64,000 bases of DNA, taken from contig JANWIO010000107.1 in NCBI GenBank assembly GCA_025449835.1, positions 7-64,006 on the forward strand, in the 5' to 3' direction. Position numbers and translations under genes: made by a program. The DNA comes from Vampirovibrionales bacterium (lineage in GTDB: Bacteria > Cyanobacteriota > Vampirovibrionia > Vampirovibrionales > JAGQHJ01). Position 1 is the stretch's first letter, and each line of letters opens with the position of its first letter. The notes below the pieces were generated by a model, which was not told the DNA's origin, made no database searches, and was given only the letters and a program-made list of their open reading frames with translations. Shown here in pieces: positions 48,780 to 59,992 of the stretch.

Positions 48780-51509
48780 TTACTGAGAACGAACAGCACC
48801 AACCGCGATGTTAGACGTTGAGACGTTGGATGCTGTTCCAAACTGTTGTATTAACGCTGCCACAAGGGCAGTCCAGCCGGTTTGATGACTCGCACCAATG
48901 CCAGCACCATTATCCCCATGAAAATATTCAAAAAACAAAAGATTGTCTTTCCACAAGGGATCCGATTGAAATGCTTCTGTTCCACCATACACAGGCCTAC
49001 GTCCTGTGGCATCAGGGAGAAAAATGCGAAGTACCCGATGGGCGAGCTCCTCAGCCACGTCATACAAGGTCATCCATGTTCCAGAGCCTGTTGGACATTC
49101 TACCTTAAAGACTTCTCCATAATAATGATAAAACCGTAACAATGACTCAATGATGAGATAATTTAACGGCAACCACACAGGGCCACGCCAATTAGAGTTA
49201 CCGCCAAACAAACCGGTTGTAGATTCAGCTGGCTCATAATCAATTTGATACATTTCTCCATAGAGGTTTAACTGATACGGCTGATCACGATAGACCCGTG
49301 AAAGAGAACGGACACCATAAGGCGACAGAAACTCTGCTTCATCCAACAACCACTTCAGGAGATCCCGTAATCGTAAATCATCAATAGTCGAAACCAAAGA
49401 CCTACCTCCTTTTTGAGGAAGCCCCATACAAGCACAATCCCGGATGAGGTCTGGGCGATTTTCTTGAAACCATTTCATCCGATCGGTGAGTTTTGGCAAT
49501 TTGGCCAGCCGTTCCGACTCTATCACTTCAACCGCAAACAAAGGAATCAAGCCCAGGATGGAACGGATCTTCAAGGGAAAATGATTTCCATCCCCCTGAA
49601 GAACAACATCATAATAAAATCCATCCTGGTCATCCCACATCCCAATACTGTTTTGTCCCAATTGATTCATGGCATGGGCAATATACAAAAAATGTTCCCA
49701 AAACTTACAGGCCATATCATCATAAACAGAGTCCTCTACAGCCAGCTCCACAGCAATTCTAAGGAGACTTAAGGTATACATGGCCATCCAGCTGGTCCCA
49801 TCCGATTGCTCTAGGGTTCCCCCCATGGGTAAGGGTTCACTCCGGTTAAAAATCCCAATATTATCAAGGCCCAAAATGCCCCCTTGAAAAACGTTTAGCC
49901 CTTGTGGATCTTCTCGATTCACCCACCAGGTAAAGTTCAACAATAGCTTCTGAAAGACCTTCTCTAAAAAGCAATAATCGGATTTTCCGGTTCGTTTTCG
50001 ATCCAGATCAAACACTCGCCACGCCGCCCAGGCATGAATCGGCGGATTAACATCATTAAAATTCCATTCATAGGCCGGTAACTGTCCATTCGGGTGTAAA
50101 TACCAATCACTGAGCAATAAAAGCAACTGTTCTTTTGCAAAATCAGGATCCACCATGGCCAAAGGGATCGAGTGAAAGGCAAGATCCCACGCTGCAAACC
50201 AAGGATATTCCCATTTATCCGGCATTGAAATAATATCTTCGTTAAACATATGCGTCCATTGATGATTTCGACCATGTAAACGTTGTTCTGGAGGCTTTGG
50301 CATTGTTATATCCCCTTGTAGCCATCGCCGAACTTCATAATGATAGAACTGTTTTGACCATAGTAAGCCTGCAAAGGCCTGACGCATCACTTGTTTTTCA
50401 GCCTCAGAAAGTCCTTCCGGCGTAACAGTATGATAAAAATCATCCGCCTCTTGTTGACGTTTCTGGAAGAGACTGCCGAAATCCGGACCAAAAATGGTTT
50501 CCCAATTTTCAGACATATCCTGATCCGTTAAGCGCAAACAAACGGTTTGCGACTCCCCGGGTTCAAGTTGTAACCTGTAATGAGCTGACATTTTAGTCCC
50601 GCAATGCGCTGGATTCACAGCCGTCTCAATTCGCTTTACAAGGTACTCATGAATGCTATCTTTCACATAGGGTGTCTTGTTTTGAACCCCATACAGCCGT
50701 TGAGTATTGGTTTCATTTTCTGTGAATAAAAGTGTTGGGTGTCCCTGGCAATGTAGCCAGTATTTTCCATAATAAACATGCTGCAACTCAGCTGTTGCAA
50801 TATTTGGAACATTTTTAAAAGTCTTTTGCAGTAATGCGGGTTTTGGAGCTTGGGTGTCCCAGGCCCAGGTATTGCGAAACCAGATTGTGGGCAGTAAATC
50901 CAGTTGAGCAGGCTGGGATCCACGGTTCACAACCTCTATGCAAATCAAAATATCGTTGATGTCCGCCTTGGCATAGACCACAGAAACATCAAAATAACGA
51001 TTGTCCTCAAACACCCCTGTATCCAACAACTCATACTCTGCGTCATACCGGCTTCGTTTTGCATTTTCAGCCACCAGTTGCTCGTAGGGAAAAGCCGTCT
51101 GAGGGTATTTATACAAAAACTTCATATAGGCGTGGCTGGGCAAATTATCCTGATAGAAATAATACTCTTTGACATCCTCACCATGGTTGCCTTCTTTCCC
51201 GGTTAACCCGAAAAGCCTCTCTTTTAGGATGGCATCCTGACCATTCCACAAGGCAATGGCAAAGCAAATGTATTGATGCCGGTCAGAAATACCGGCAATA
51301 CCGTCTTCGCTCCAGCGATACGCTTTAGAACGGGCCTGATCATGGGTAAAGTAACGCCATGCATCTCCATCCGCACTATAATCTTCTCGAACCGTTCCCC
51401 ATGCTCGCTCGCTTAAGTAAGGCCCCCACCGTTTCCAGTGAGCCACCCGGTCTTGATCTTCTTGAAGCCGTTCTTCCTCAGCGGTTGGTCTATTGTTTTT
51501 CAACATCAT
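48780..51509 (-). CDS. Glycoside hydrolase with (alpha/alpha)6-barrel, GH63-like (mannosyl/glucosyl-glycerate hydrolase or processing alpha-glucosidase-like)
   Basis: Conserved N-terminal pattern [39 protein letters not shown] and later barrel motifs. The start is uncertain: internal MMLKNN or upstream GTG, neither with a clear SD. Confidence 0.6.
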   Translation of the reverse strand: MMLKNNRPTAEEERLQEDQDRVAHWKRWGPYLSERAWGTVREDYSADGDAWRYFTHDQARSKAYRWSEDGIAGISDRHQYICFAIALWNGQDAILKERLFGLTGKEGNHGEDVKEYYFYQDNLPSHAYMKFLYKYPQTAFPYEQLVAENAKRSRYDAEYELLDTGVFEDNRYFDVSVVYAKADINDILICIEVVNRGSQPAQLDLLPTIWFRNTWAWDTQAPKPALLQKTFKNVPNIATAELQHVYYGKYWLHCQGHPTLLFTENETNTQRLYGVQNKTPYVKDSIHEYLVKRIETAVNPAHCGTKMSAHYRLQLEPGESQTVCLRLTDQDMSENWETIFGPDFGSLFQKRQQEADDFYHTVTPEGLSEAEKQVMRQAFAGLLWSKQFYHYEVRRWLQGDITMPKPPEQRLHGRNHQWTHMFNEDIISMPDKWEYPWFAAWDLAFHSIPLAMVDPDFAKEQLLLLLSDWYLHPNGQLPAYEWNFNDVNPPIHAWAAWRVFDLDRKRTGKSDYCFLEKVFQKLLLNFTWWVNREDPQGLNVFQGGILGLDNIGIFNRSEPLPMGGTLEQSDGTSWMAMYTLSLLRIAVELAVEDSVYDDMACKFWEHFLYIAHAMNQLGQNSIGMWDDQDGFYYDVVLQGDGNHFPLKIRSILGLIPLFAVEVIESERLAKLPKLTDRMKWFQENRPDLIRDCACMGLPQKGGRSLVSTIDDLRLRDLLKWLLDEAEFLSPYGVRSLSRVYRDQPYQLNLYGEMYQIDYEPAESTTGLFGGNSNWRGPVWLPLNYLIIESLLRFYHYYGEVFKVECPTGSGTWMTLYDVAEELAHRVLRIFLPDATGRRPVYGGTEAFQSDPLWKDNLLFFEYFHGDNGAGIGASHQTGWTALVAALIQQFGTASNVSTSNIAVGAVRSQ

Positions 51510-51675
51510 CTCAATTTTAAATAAGGCAAGCCTATTGGTATTGTTCAACAGAATGTACCCAAGCACAAGCCACTGGCTCACAGAATCACTTACTTCTCAA
51601 ATGATATTGAAGATCCACCGCTTTCGGTCGATATCCAAATTTACAACACATTTTTATCCGATATGGGACTAAACC

Positions 51676-52389
51676 ATGTCTCCACCATCGTCTCACCCCA
51701 ATGAACTAATCATTATTTTTTGTGTCACTTTTATTGTTACGTCTCTTATTTTAATTCAAAGGAAATCTGCCATGTATCCTTTTCCCCAACGACCTCACTA
51801 TTTTCTTACAGCCTTTATTGCATTGATCATGACATGCTTTGGCCTTTATGGCCTGTGGTCTGAGTATCATCTAATGACCATTAGCCAACCCATCACGGTG
51901 ACGATTATCAGTGCCAGTCCTCAAGCCCACCATACCAAACATGGCCTTCGATATTCTGCGAACATCACTTATATATACGCCGTTGGCTCCAAGCAATACC
52001 AGGGAGATCATGTGTGGCCACCCGCCTGGCCGATCCCTCATTTGGGCTTGGATGATCAGCATACTGGCAGTTTAAGTTGGGTAAACAATATTTTACGGCA
52101 ATATCCCCCAGGTCAATTGGAAGCCGGCTATATCGATCCTCATAATCCACAAAATAGTTTTCTACTGAAAGGCTATAATGTCTTAGTAATTATTAATAGC
52201 CTTGTTGGCATTATCTTGTTAATCGTTTCACTTTGGCAATGTGGCCTGATCAAGTTCTTCCTATTTAGGATTCTCCAATTGTTCCAAGGCTCACCTGCTT
52301 CTCAAGATCTCAATGGCAGCGGTAGTATGGTCATAACCGAAAACACGTTTGACCGGGAAGACTCTCCCTGGCACCATGAATCCCATTAA
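51676..52389 (+). CDS. Membrane protein with DUF3592-like topology (TM - beta domain - TM)
   Basis: Two TM segments flank a soluble segment that ends …GYIDPHNPQNSFLLKG, resembling the DUF3592 signature. Confidence 0.45.
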   Translation: MSPPSSHPNELIIIFCVTFIVTSLILIQRKSAMYPFPQRPHYFLTAFIALIMTCFGLYGLWSEYHLMTISQPITVTIISASPQAHHTKHGLRYSANITYIYAVGSKQYQGDHVWPPAWPIPHLGLDDQHTGSLSWVNNILRQYPPGQLEAGYIDPHNPQNSFLLKGYNVLVIINSLVGIILLIVSLWQCGLIKFFLFRILQLFQGSPASQDLNGSGSMVITENTFDREDSPWHHESH

Positions 52390-52406
52390 ATCGCTTTTCC
52401 CAAAGA

Positions 52407-54008
52407 TTAAACAGGTTGCTGTAAAAAGTACCGGTGCCCTAAGCCGTAATACAGTACCACTGTGGGAATTGAAAAGAAAATAAACCCGATGATTCCCCAT
52501 GAAACCCAGGTTTTAAACAGAATCAATCCAGCGAAAATCAAGCCATTAACAATTCCCAACAAAAGCAACTGCCCTAAAAATCGGCGATTGAAAAAACGCA
52601 CTTTGGAAAAGCCAACCAACCAAAATGCACATAAAAGCGCCGTTGCAACATATCCCAAAGAGTTGGCAATGGCTGCCCCGACAATCCCAAGCTGAGGAAT
52701 CAACACCCAATTAAGGGTTAAATTGGTTAAAGCCCCCAGTCCCACAATGATTGCCTTGAGTCCTGGACGGTTAACGCCACCCATCATTCCCGTGGTAATT
52801 CGTCCAAAGTTATCAAAAAAGATTCCTCCCAAGAGAATCGCCAATGCAAGCCCCCCTTGAACAAACTCAGAACCAAACAACGATAAAATCGAATCGGCAA
52901 ACCCCGCCAGTAAAATCACCAATGGCATCACCCAGAAAATAGAGGTGCGAAGTGCTGATCGGTAAATACTTCCCAAAATGTCTTCTTGGGCCAAAGCATG
53001 GGCTCGGGATGAACTGGAGAAAACCATATCCTCATAGCTGGTTCCCATCATTAAAACCCGTTCAAAAAGAGAGTACACCAAACTATAAATACCCAAGAAA
53101 CTAGCACTGGTGTAATACCCCAAGATTAGCCGATCGGCATGCTGCAAAATACTAATACTCACCGTGCCAGGCATTAATTTAAAACTGTAATGGTAAATTT
53201 CCTTCAAATCCTGTTTAAACTGTGGCCTGGAGAAACCACCTTCTTTACCTGGTAAAACACGAGGAAGAAGAATAAACAAAACAATAACAGCCACTAGAAA
53301 GCCAAGCACCTGGGATAAAATAGCCGATACCGGGTTTCGCCCCAACCACCAAACAAAAATAACCAGCGTTACCATACGGGTTAACCCACTCATTAGTTCG
53401 GCAAATGCACTATATTTCATCTCTTGATAGGCCACAAACGGCACACCCAACATCATTGAAAGATTGTAAATGCTGTAAAACCCGATCATGTAAAATAGCA
53501 ACAGCTTTACCAAGCTGGCCTGGTGATAGATATGAATCAAAATAGCGCTGGTAATCACGCCGTAAGGAAAAGAGAGAATCAGTGTCGTTAAAGTAGAAAT
53601 ACCCAGCACAATCCAAAACATGCGTTTTACCTGTAACTGAGTGGGGTTATACCGATTTAATGCTGGAACCAAAGAAAACAACTCGCCAAAGCTTGTCATT
53701 GGACGAAACAATCCCAGAATACTGGTTAACAGTGCAACAATTCCAATGATTTCTGCTCCCAGTAAATGCGCCGAGAGAAACCAATACCCAAATCCGGTGA
53801 CCAGGCGAACCCCATACTTCACCAAAGAGAAAATCACACCACGGTGAAAGCGTTTCCCTTCGGATACAACGGTTTTTAATGGAGAATCTTCACGAAGCGG
53901 GATTTGCGGCTCACTGGAAACGTTATTCAACACGCTGGGTCTTCCCCCCAAAAATCGGCTCGATGAAAAATTTGTGCCAACAACAAAAGCGTCTCCCTCT
54001 CGAAACAC
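52407..54008 (-). CDS. Polysaccharide/oligosaccharide flippase of the MOP superfamily (Wzx/MurJ-like)
   Basis: About 12-14 TM helices. N-terminal pattern …RGVIFSLVKYGVRLVTGFGYWFLSAHLLGAEIIGIVAL typical of Wzx-type polysaccharide biosynthesis proteins. GTG start, no clear SD. Confidence 0.75.
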   Translation of the reverse strand: MFREGDAFVVGTNFSSSRFLGGRPSVLNNVSSEPQIPLREDSPLKTVVSEGKRFHRGVIFSLVKYGVRLVTGFGYWFLSAHLLGAEIIGIVALLTSILGLFRPMTSFGELFSLVPALNRYNPTQLQVKRMFWIVLGISTLTTLILSFPYGVITSAILIHIYHQASLVKLLLFYMIGFYSIYNLSMMLGVPFVAYQEMKYSAFAELMSGLTRMVTLVIFVWWLGRNPVSAILSQVLGFLVAVIVLFILLPRVLPGKEGGFSRPQFKQDLKEIYHYSFKLMPGTVSISILQHADRLILGYYTSASFLGIYSLVYSLFERVLMMGTSYEDMVFSSSSRAHALAQEDILGSIYRSALRTSIFWVMPLVILLAGFADSILSLFGSEFVQGGLALAILLGGIFFDNFGRITTGMMGGVNRPGLKAIIVGLGALTNLTLNWVLIPQLGIVGAAIANSLGYVATALLCAFWLVGFSKVRFFNRRFLGQLLLLGIVNGLIFAGLILFKTWVSWGIIGFIFFSIPTVVLYYGLGHRYFLQQPV

Positions 54009-54326
54009 AGGTTAATATGGCCATGAGGCAATCCGCAAAATTGTATTTCTGCCCCCCAAAATAAATCAAAGGCAAAAAGGCGAAATGGGATAAACGGGCA
54101 ATGTCTTTTGCACTCTTTTGAATCTCAAGGTATTAATCAGGAAGTAAAACCAAGCCAAAGTCCTTTTCAATACAGAATGGGTTTAAGTCAAGGTTATGGT
54201 AGACATTCTGTCGCTCTTGAGAGAGGATAATAGATAAAATAGAATTTTCTTGCGTTTGCAGAATTCTCTGTTTAAGTCATTGCTTTCAATTATATTTATT
54301 CATCTATTTCAAAGGAGTATTTTACA

Positions 54327-55796
54327 ATGATGGCCTCTAATACAGCGGTAAAAACCAACACAGCAATTACTGTCGCCTATGGAGACGGGATAGGACCTGA
54401 AATTATGAGTGCTGTCATTCATATCCTCAAAGAAGCCGGGGCTCGGCTGGATATTGAAGAGATTGAAATTGGTGAAAAAATCTATAATAAAGGCATTTCT
54501 GCTGGTATTGAGCCTGCTGCCTGGGAATCCCTCCGTCGAACCAAAGTATTTTTAAAAGCACCCATTACCACCCCCCAAGGCGGCGGCTTTAAAAGCCTTA
54601 ACGTTACCACAAGAGCCACTTTAGGCTTGTATGCCAATGTTCGCCCCTGTGTTTCCTACTATCCATACATTAAGACCAAGCACCCCGTCATGGACGTTGT
54701 CATTGTAAGGGAAAACGAGGAAGATCTTTACTGCGGTATTGAATATCGTCAAACGGAACAGGTGACTCAAGCCTTAAAACTTATTACCCGTCCGGGCTCT
54801 GAAAAAATCGTTCGCTATGCCTTTGAGTATGCCCGGAAAAACAATCGTAAAAAAGTGACATGTTTTATGAAAGACAACATTTTAAAAGAAACCGATGGGC
54901 TCTTTCATAAAATTTTCGATGAAATTGCAAAAGACTACCCCGATATCACCAATGAACACTGGATTGTAGATATTGGTGCTGCAAAATTAGCCGACACACC
55001 TGAAAACTTTGATGTTATTGTGATGCCAAACCTCTACGGAGATATTCTCTCCGATGTTTCAGCCCAAATTGCCGGATCCGTCGGTTTGGCAGGCTCTGCC
55101 AATATCGGTGATAAATGCGCCATGTTTGAAGCCATTCACGGTTCTGCCCCAAGACGTGCTGGTCAAAACCTAGCCAATCCATCAGGATTATTGCTGGGCG
55201 CCATTATGATGTTGGTTCATATTAACCAGCCCGACGTTGCCGAACAGGTTCATAACGCTTGGCTCAAAACCATTGAAGATGGAATTCACACCTATGACAT
55301 CTATCAAGATGGCATTAGCACCGAAAAAGTGGGCACCAAGGAATTTTCTAATGCGGTTGTCGCTCGACTGGGTCAAAAACCACAAAAACTAAAACCGGTT
55401 AGTTACCAATCCGCTCCTGAAGGATTTTCAGAATCCAAACTTTCTGTACAGCCTCGCTCCCAAAAAGCATTAGTGGGCGTAGACGTCTATGTGGACTATC
55501 CGGATATCCTACCCCAAGAGCTGGGTAGCAAACTCGAACAGCTCAATGGCGACGGTCTTAAACTTACCATGATTAGTAACCGTGGCACAAAAGTCTGGCC
55601 GCATAGCTTTCCTGAAACATTCTGTACCGATCACTGGCGATGCCGATTTATGTCCACCGAAGGTGGCTCGGTGACACATCATCAGGTTGTTTCACTCTTA
55701 CAGCGGTTTGAACAAGCCAAGCTGGACTTCATCAAAACGGAACACTTGTGTACTTTTGATGGGCAAAAAGGTTATTCTCTAAGCCAGGGCGAATAA
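54327..55796 (+). CDS. icd: NADP-dependent isocitrate dehydrogenase (homodimeric type with C-terminal extension)
   Basis: N-terminal AYGDGIGPEI motif, a β-decarboxylating dehydrogenase core, AAGGAG RBS, 489 aa. Confidence 0.9.
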   Translation: MMASNTAVKTNTAITVAYGDGIGPEIMSAVIHILKEAGARLDIEEIEIGEKIYNKGISAGIEPAAWESLRRTKVFLKAPITTPQGGGFKSLNVTTRATLGLYANVRPCVSYYPYIKTKHPVMDVVIVRENEEDLYCGIEYRQTEQVTQALKLITRPGSEKIVRYAFEYARKNNRKKVTCFMKDNILKETDGLFHKIFDEIAKDYPDITNEHWIVDIGAAKLADTPENFDVIVMPNLYGDILSDVSAQIAGSVGLAGSANIGDKCAMFEAIHGSAPRRAGQNLANPSGLLLGAIMMLVHINQPDVAEQVHNAWLKTIEDGIHTYDIYQDGISTEKVGTKEFSNAVVARLGQKPQKLKPVSYQSAPEGFSESKLSVQPRSQKALVGVDVYVDYPDILPQELGSKLEQLNGDGLKLTMISNRGTKVWPHSFPETFCTDHWRCRFMSTEGGSVTHHQVVSLLQRFEQAKLDFIKTEHLCTFDGQKGYSLSQGE

Positions 55797-55835
55797 TCAG
55801 GACAACTTACACAATAAAAGTATAAAACGCCAGTA

Positions 55836-56120
55836 TTAATGGTGTACTGCTTTTGCCAAGGTGTTGGCTGCTTGTTGGAATGGGCGAAGCCACATGGAAT
55901 CAAACGTGCTGGGCACAACCAAACCATTGCGACCAAAATCGCCTTCATTGGGTTTTTGCTCTAGAAATAACCTGTAAATTGTCATATCTGGATTATTTTT
56001 GACAATAAAATAAGACTGAGACGGCATTAATGGAGAGTAACCCGGTGCAGCATCGGCAACGCCCAAGCCACTCAATAAACCCAACATAATCAAGACCACC
56101 AATATCTGAACATGTCTCAT
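55836..56120 (-). CDS. Small secreted hypothetical protein
   Basis: 94 aa with a clear signal peptide (MRHVQILVVLIMLGLLSGLGVADA). Confidence 0.4.
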   Translation of the reverse strand: MRHVQILVVLIMLGLLSGLGVADAAPGYSPLMPSQSYFIVKNNPDMTIYRLFLEQKPNEGDFGRNGLVVPSTFDSMWLRPFQQAANTLAKAVHH

Positions 56121-56283
56121 TTTGCGAACTCCAAAATTACACTTGCAGCATAATGAAACCCAAAGGCAATTTAAAATTGCCCTCGCTCAAACAAATACAT
56201 ATTATTTTCTAGATAAACCAAGGCCGCTTTAGCCCCAGATTGAATACAAAGGCGAAGAGTTAATAGGGTTTCGAGCTATTCTT

Positions 56284-56838
56284 CTAAGACAACGACGGTT
56301 TCTTTTGAAAAGAAGCAAGACGATATTGATTTACAAGCCGTTTCAGCATCGACCATCGATCTTTCAAAGGATAGGCTGCACCGTTTTGCCGCAGGACTTT
56401 AACCCCACTTTTATGACGAAAATGCTTGGCATAGGTTAAAGCACTCCAGGTCATGCCATGTGGATCCTTAAAACGAGCGTCTTTATTCAGCCCTTTGTCA
56501 ATCAAAAACTGAATGATTTCGGAACCACATTGAGTGGCAATGGCAAAATGCAGTAGATTCTCCCCCTTTTTGGTCTTCACATAAAGATCCGCATCATTGT
56601 GAATGGATTTCTGAAGCTGGGTTAAATCTTGGTTGAGAAGCGCAAAATGAATGGGTAACCACCGATGAGATCCATAATATTTCGGCGACCAACGTTTGAC
56701 CTCAGATGAATTCTGAAAGAGTAGTTTGTCAGAGACCTCTCCAAACCGAGTCAACTTTTTGGGTTTTATTTTTAAACCTTGCTGAGCATTTTGTTGAATT
56801 TGCGTTCCGCCAGACACAAAAATACGATTCATAATCAT
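56284..56838 (-). CDS. Ankyrin-repeat protein
   Basis: At least two ankyrin repeats (…GENLLHFAIATQCGSEIIQFLIDKGLNKDARFKDPHGMTWSALTYAKHFRHKSGVKVL…). Confidence 0.75.
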   Translation of the reverse strand: MIMNRIFVSGGTQIQQNAQQGLKIKPKKLTRFGEVSDKLLFQNSSEVKRWSPKYYGSHRWLPIHFALLNQDLTQLQKSIHNDADLYVKTKKGENLLHFAIATQCGSEIIQFLIDKGLNKDARFKDPHGMTWSALTYAKHFRHKSGVKVLRQNGAAYPLKDRWSMLKRLVNQYRLASFQKKPSLS

Positions 56839-56911
56839 ACCTCCCTAAAACAGTCCCCCAATCATACCAAGACAAACACAATTGACCAAGGCGAAGGTTT
56901 TTCTTACCCCA

Positions 56912-58288
56912 TCAAGTCTCTGCCGCCATAAAAACAGGAACTGCTTGCCAAGGACCCGGTAATTCCGGGCTTTGCCCCCCGCCGTGATAAAATCCCATTA
57001 AAATAGAACGTGTGCCCACACCGATTGTAGGTTGATTTTCAAACTGGGCCTGATAAGCAGCATGGCATGCCAGTACCAAGGGGTCAGACGGCATGGGATC
57101 TTCAGAGGGCTCAAACCAACCTTCTTCAAAAGCTGTCATAGCTTCAAGCCAATTGTCATAACCTTGTTTTTTGCTCACCGTATCCAATAACGGATCTAAT
57201 TCTTTATGAAAATCACGACATCTCTTGATAAAAGTAATTTCATCTGTCGTTAATAAGTCAGGCTGCATAGGTTTTCCAAGCAAAATTCCATAAAAAATAT
57301 CCATGGAACTTAATCCAAACGGCGTATGAATTGATTTTTCAGGCTGAGGCCCCCAATAAGCAATGTTTTCCGGTAAAAAACGGATTAATGCCGCACATTG
57401 CACCTGTTGATCTTTAAGACGGGTCAATGACTGATAATACGGCAAAATCGCTGCACCGCCCCAAGACAAACGCTCCAAACGAGTGAGTAAATCAAGCCAG
57501 TTTTCACCAGGCAACACAAAACATGCGCTTTCCGCCAATACAAGCCGCTTGGTCTCCAAATTTAAAGAGAGATTTTGCGACATCAGGGGAATATGTTGCC
57601 GAAAGTTCTGAATCTCCTCATGAACGGTCTGGGCATATTCCGGTAAACGAACCGCCACATTGGAGGTATATAACGCATCTTTTCGTTTGACCGACCGAAT
57701 ATCCCCTTCAGACAATGCCAGCAAGCAATACAATAAGGTGGTGGTTCTAATTTTTACGGCGATTCTCTCAAGGGCATGGCGTGGAGCACCATCTGGAAAC
57801 ATTATAAACAGGCGCCCAAAGGCCTGGTGGTGATGAATTAAGGCATAAATCCGCTGAATAGCCTTGGGTGGATAGCCAAGACGTGTAAGAATATCCCGAC
57901 TCATTTCTGCTGACTTAATGGGATGAAGCTTATCAATGGGAAGCTTTCCTTTTAACCGGGGCGGACCGGTATTTTTATCAATGTCGTGTAATAAGGCTGC
58001 CATCAAGGTTAACACTTGCTGGTATTCCGATAATTCTTTAAAAAAGGACGCTTTGCGCGTTCGCTCCACCACTTTTAAGGTGTGAATATCCAACGGAAAA
58101 TGATGCACACTGTGCTGAATATTCCACGCACTGGTGAGCCGTTGCCATTCTGGAATGAATTGTCCCAGAACGCCGGAATCACTGCATGCTTTCAACGTTT
58201 CTGGATTGTGATCCAGTAACACGGTTTCAAGCTGCATCCGCGTTTCTAAGAGTGCTGGCTGACCTTTAAAAACAGTTTGGCATAGCAT
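56912..58288 (-). CDS. HD-domain protein resembling the HD module of GlnD (PII uridylyl-removing enzyme), without nucleotidyltransferase or ACT domains
   Basis: The pattern GVLGQFIPEWQRLTSAWNIQHSVHHFPLDIHTLKVVE...LLHDIDK matches the GlnD HD-domain signature (…GvLg..lPe…HvYTVDeH…LLHDIGK). About 300 further residues have no recognised motif. Confidence 0.6.
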   Translation of the reverse strand: MLCQTVFKGQPALLETRMQLETVLLDHNPETLKACSDSGVLGQFIPEWQRLTSAWNIQHSVHHFPLDIHTLKVVERTRKASFFKELSEYQQVLTLMAALLHDIDKNTGPPRLKGKLPIDKLHPIKSAEMSRDILTRLGYPPKAIQRIYALIHHHQAFGRLFIMFPDGAPRHALERIAVKIRTTTLLYCLLALSEGDIRSVKRKDALYTSNVAVRLPEYAQTVHEEIQNFRQHIPLMSQNLSLNLETKRLVLAESACFVLPGENWLDLLTRLERLSWGGAAILPYYQSLTRLKDQQVQCAALIRFLPENIAYWGPQPEKSIHTPFGLSSMDIFYGILLGKPMQPDLLTTDEITFIKRCRDFHKELDPLLDTVSKKQGYDNWLEAMTAFEEGWFEPSEDPMPSDPLVLACHAAYQAQFENQPTIGVGTRSILMGFYHGGGQSPELPGPWQAVPVFMAAET

Positions 58289-58385
58289 GGATACGCTTTT
58301 ACCCTCTCATCAGTGCCGAGTGTGTTATTTTAAACACTGACTCCACTCTATCGCTAAGACACTTTAAATGAAAGCCCCAAGCAGC

Positions 58386-59120
58386 CTAAAGCACTTCCTC
58401 TTCAGAAAGCTGGTTGAGACAGATCAGCGCCATCTTGGCAGCCATCTGCTGGGCTTCTTTTTTCGATTTTCCGTGACCGCGTCCCAACACTTCGTTTTGA
58501 ATCACCACTTCCACATGAAATGTCTTACGATGGGCGGGTCCATCTTCTTTAATTGTCTTATATTCTGGGAGGCCCATCCCATCCCCTTGAGATAATTCCT
58601 GTAAAACCGCCTTATAGTTATCCTTGGTCTTGCTTAAGTCAACCTTGGTCACTTCATCTTCCATAAGGTCTGCGATAAATCTTGCTGCAAATGCCATTTG
58701 ACCGCTTAAAAATATCGCCCCTAACAATGCCTCAAAAGCACAAGCCAAATTGGAAACCTTTTTACGTCCGCCACTTTTGTCCTCACTGGGGCCCAAAAGC
58801 ATTTGTTCTCCCAGCCCAATTTGCTTTGCAAAAACAGCCAGTACAGCGTCACTGACAATCACTGCCCGAATTTTGGTCAGTTCACCTTCTCGGTAGTATG
58901 GAAAACGTCCAAAAAGATATTCGCTGATAATAATTTTGAGGACCGCATCTCCCAAAAATTCCAAGCGCTCATAATTGTTTAAAGAGGAAAGCTTGTTCTC
59001 ATAGGTATATGAACTGTGGGTTAATGCTTGATCAAACAGCGTCAAAGAATCCTCTGAGACCTCAAGCCCTAGATCCTCTAAAAATGCCTTCAGTCGCTCG
59101 TCACGAGTTTCATCTTTCAT
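58386..59120 (-). CDS. rnc: Ribonuclease III
   Basis: The RNase III signature ERLEFLGDAVL, catalytic acidic residues, and a C-terminal dsRBD. It overlaps cdsA by 4 bp. Confidence 0.9.
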   Translation of the reverse strand: MKDETRDERLKAFLEDLGLEVSEDSLTLFDQALTHSSYTYENKLSSLNNYERLEFLGDAVLKIIISEYLFGRFPYYREGELTKIRAVIVSDAVLAVFAKQIGLGEQMLLGPSEDKSGGRKKVSNLACAFEALLGAIFLSGQMAFAARFIADLMEDEVTKVDLSKTKDNYKAVLQELSQGDGMGLPEYKTIKEDGPAHRKTFHVEVVIQNEVLGRGHGKSKKEAQQMAAKMALICLNQLSEEEVL

Positions 59121-59992
59121 CGGCCAAAAAACCCTAAAACTTCATGGGCTAGGCCTTGATGCAGAACAAACCAAACAATATAGTAATACCCCACCGCTCC
59201 TGAAAAAATATAGCTGTCTGTTCTATCCAATAATCCACCATGGCCGGGGATAAATGACCCAGAATCTTTTAAGCCGGCATCGCGTTTCAATAACGATTCT
59301 GACAAGTCTCCCATTTGTGCAACCAACGAAATAATAATCCCCAGAATGGCTCCATGAAACCAATAGATTTGAAAAAAGTATGCCGCAATGGTACCCACAA
59401 AAATCGCCATTGAAGTACCCGCAACAGCCCCTTCAATGGTTTTTTTAGGACTGATTTTGGGCGATAAAAGCTTTTTCCCAAAGCGTTTTCCGCCGTAATA
59501 GGCAAAAATATCTGAAGCGCTGACGATAAGTAAAATTAAAAACAAATATTTTAAGCCGGGTTGTAACCAAAATTGGGGAATATGATCCGCTCCCAGGCCC
59601 CGTAACAAAATAAAATGTGCCGGTAAAAAACCCAAATAAAAAAACATTAAAATCGTGCCACCAATATCCGAAATGGATGCCGGGTTCTTACGAAACAGTA
59701 ACCACGCAAAAGTAAAAATAATCCCCACTGTCACAATAATTTCAAAGTGCCGTTCCAAACCAAAGAAGGCAAATAAATATAAAAGCGCACTAAATAGACA
59801 TACCGTCATTTTTGAAGGATGAATATTCTTTGCCGCCATTAATGCCAGCATTTCCTTATAGGCCATCGGGTAAAAAGCGATAGCCGTGAATAAAAACCAA
59901 GCCCATCCTCCCAAAATAGCCGCACCGCAAACCACAGCCCCCACACTCAGGCCTGATAAAATTCGGGTGTTGATTTTGAGAAGATTCGACAT
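59117..59992 (-). CDS. cdsA: Phosphatidate cytidylyltransferase (CDP-diglyceride synthase)
   Basis: Polytopic membrane protein with the CdsA signature SDIFAYYGGKRFGKKLLSPKISPKKTIEG. Confidence 0.85.
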   Translation of the reverse strand: MSNLLKINTRILSGLSVGAVVCGAAILGGWAWFLFTAIAFYPMAYKEMLALMAAKNIHPSKMTVCLFSALLYLFAFFGLERHFEIIVTVGIIFTFAWLLFRKNPASISDIGGTILMFFYLGFLPAHFILLRGLGADHIPQFWLQPGLKYLFLILLIVSASDIFAYYGGKRFGKKLLSPKISPKKTIEGAVAGTSMAIFVGTIAAYFFQIYWFHGAILGIIISLVAQMGDLSESLLKRDAGLKDSGSFIPGHGGLLDRTDSYIFSGAVGYYYIVWFVLHQGLAHEVLGFFGR

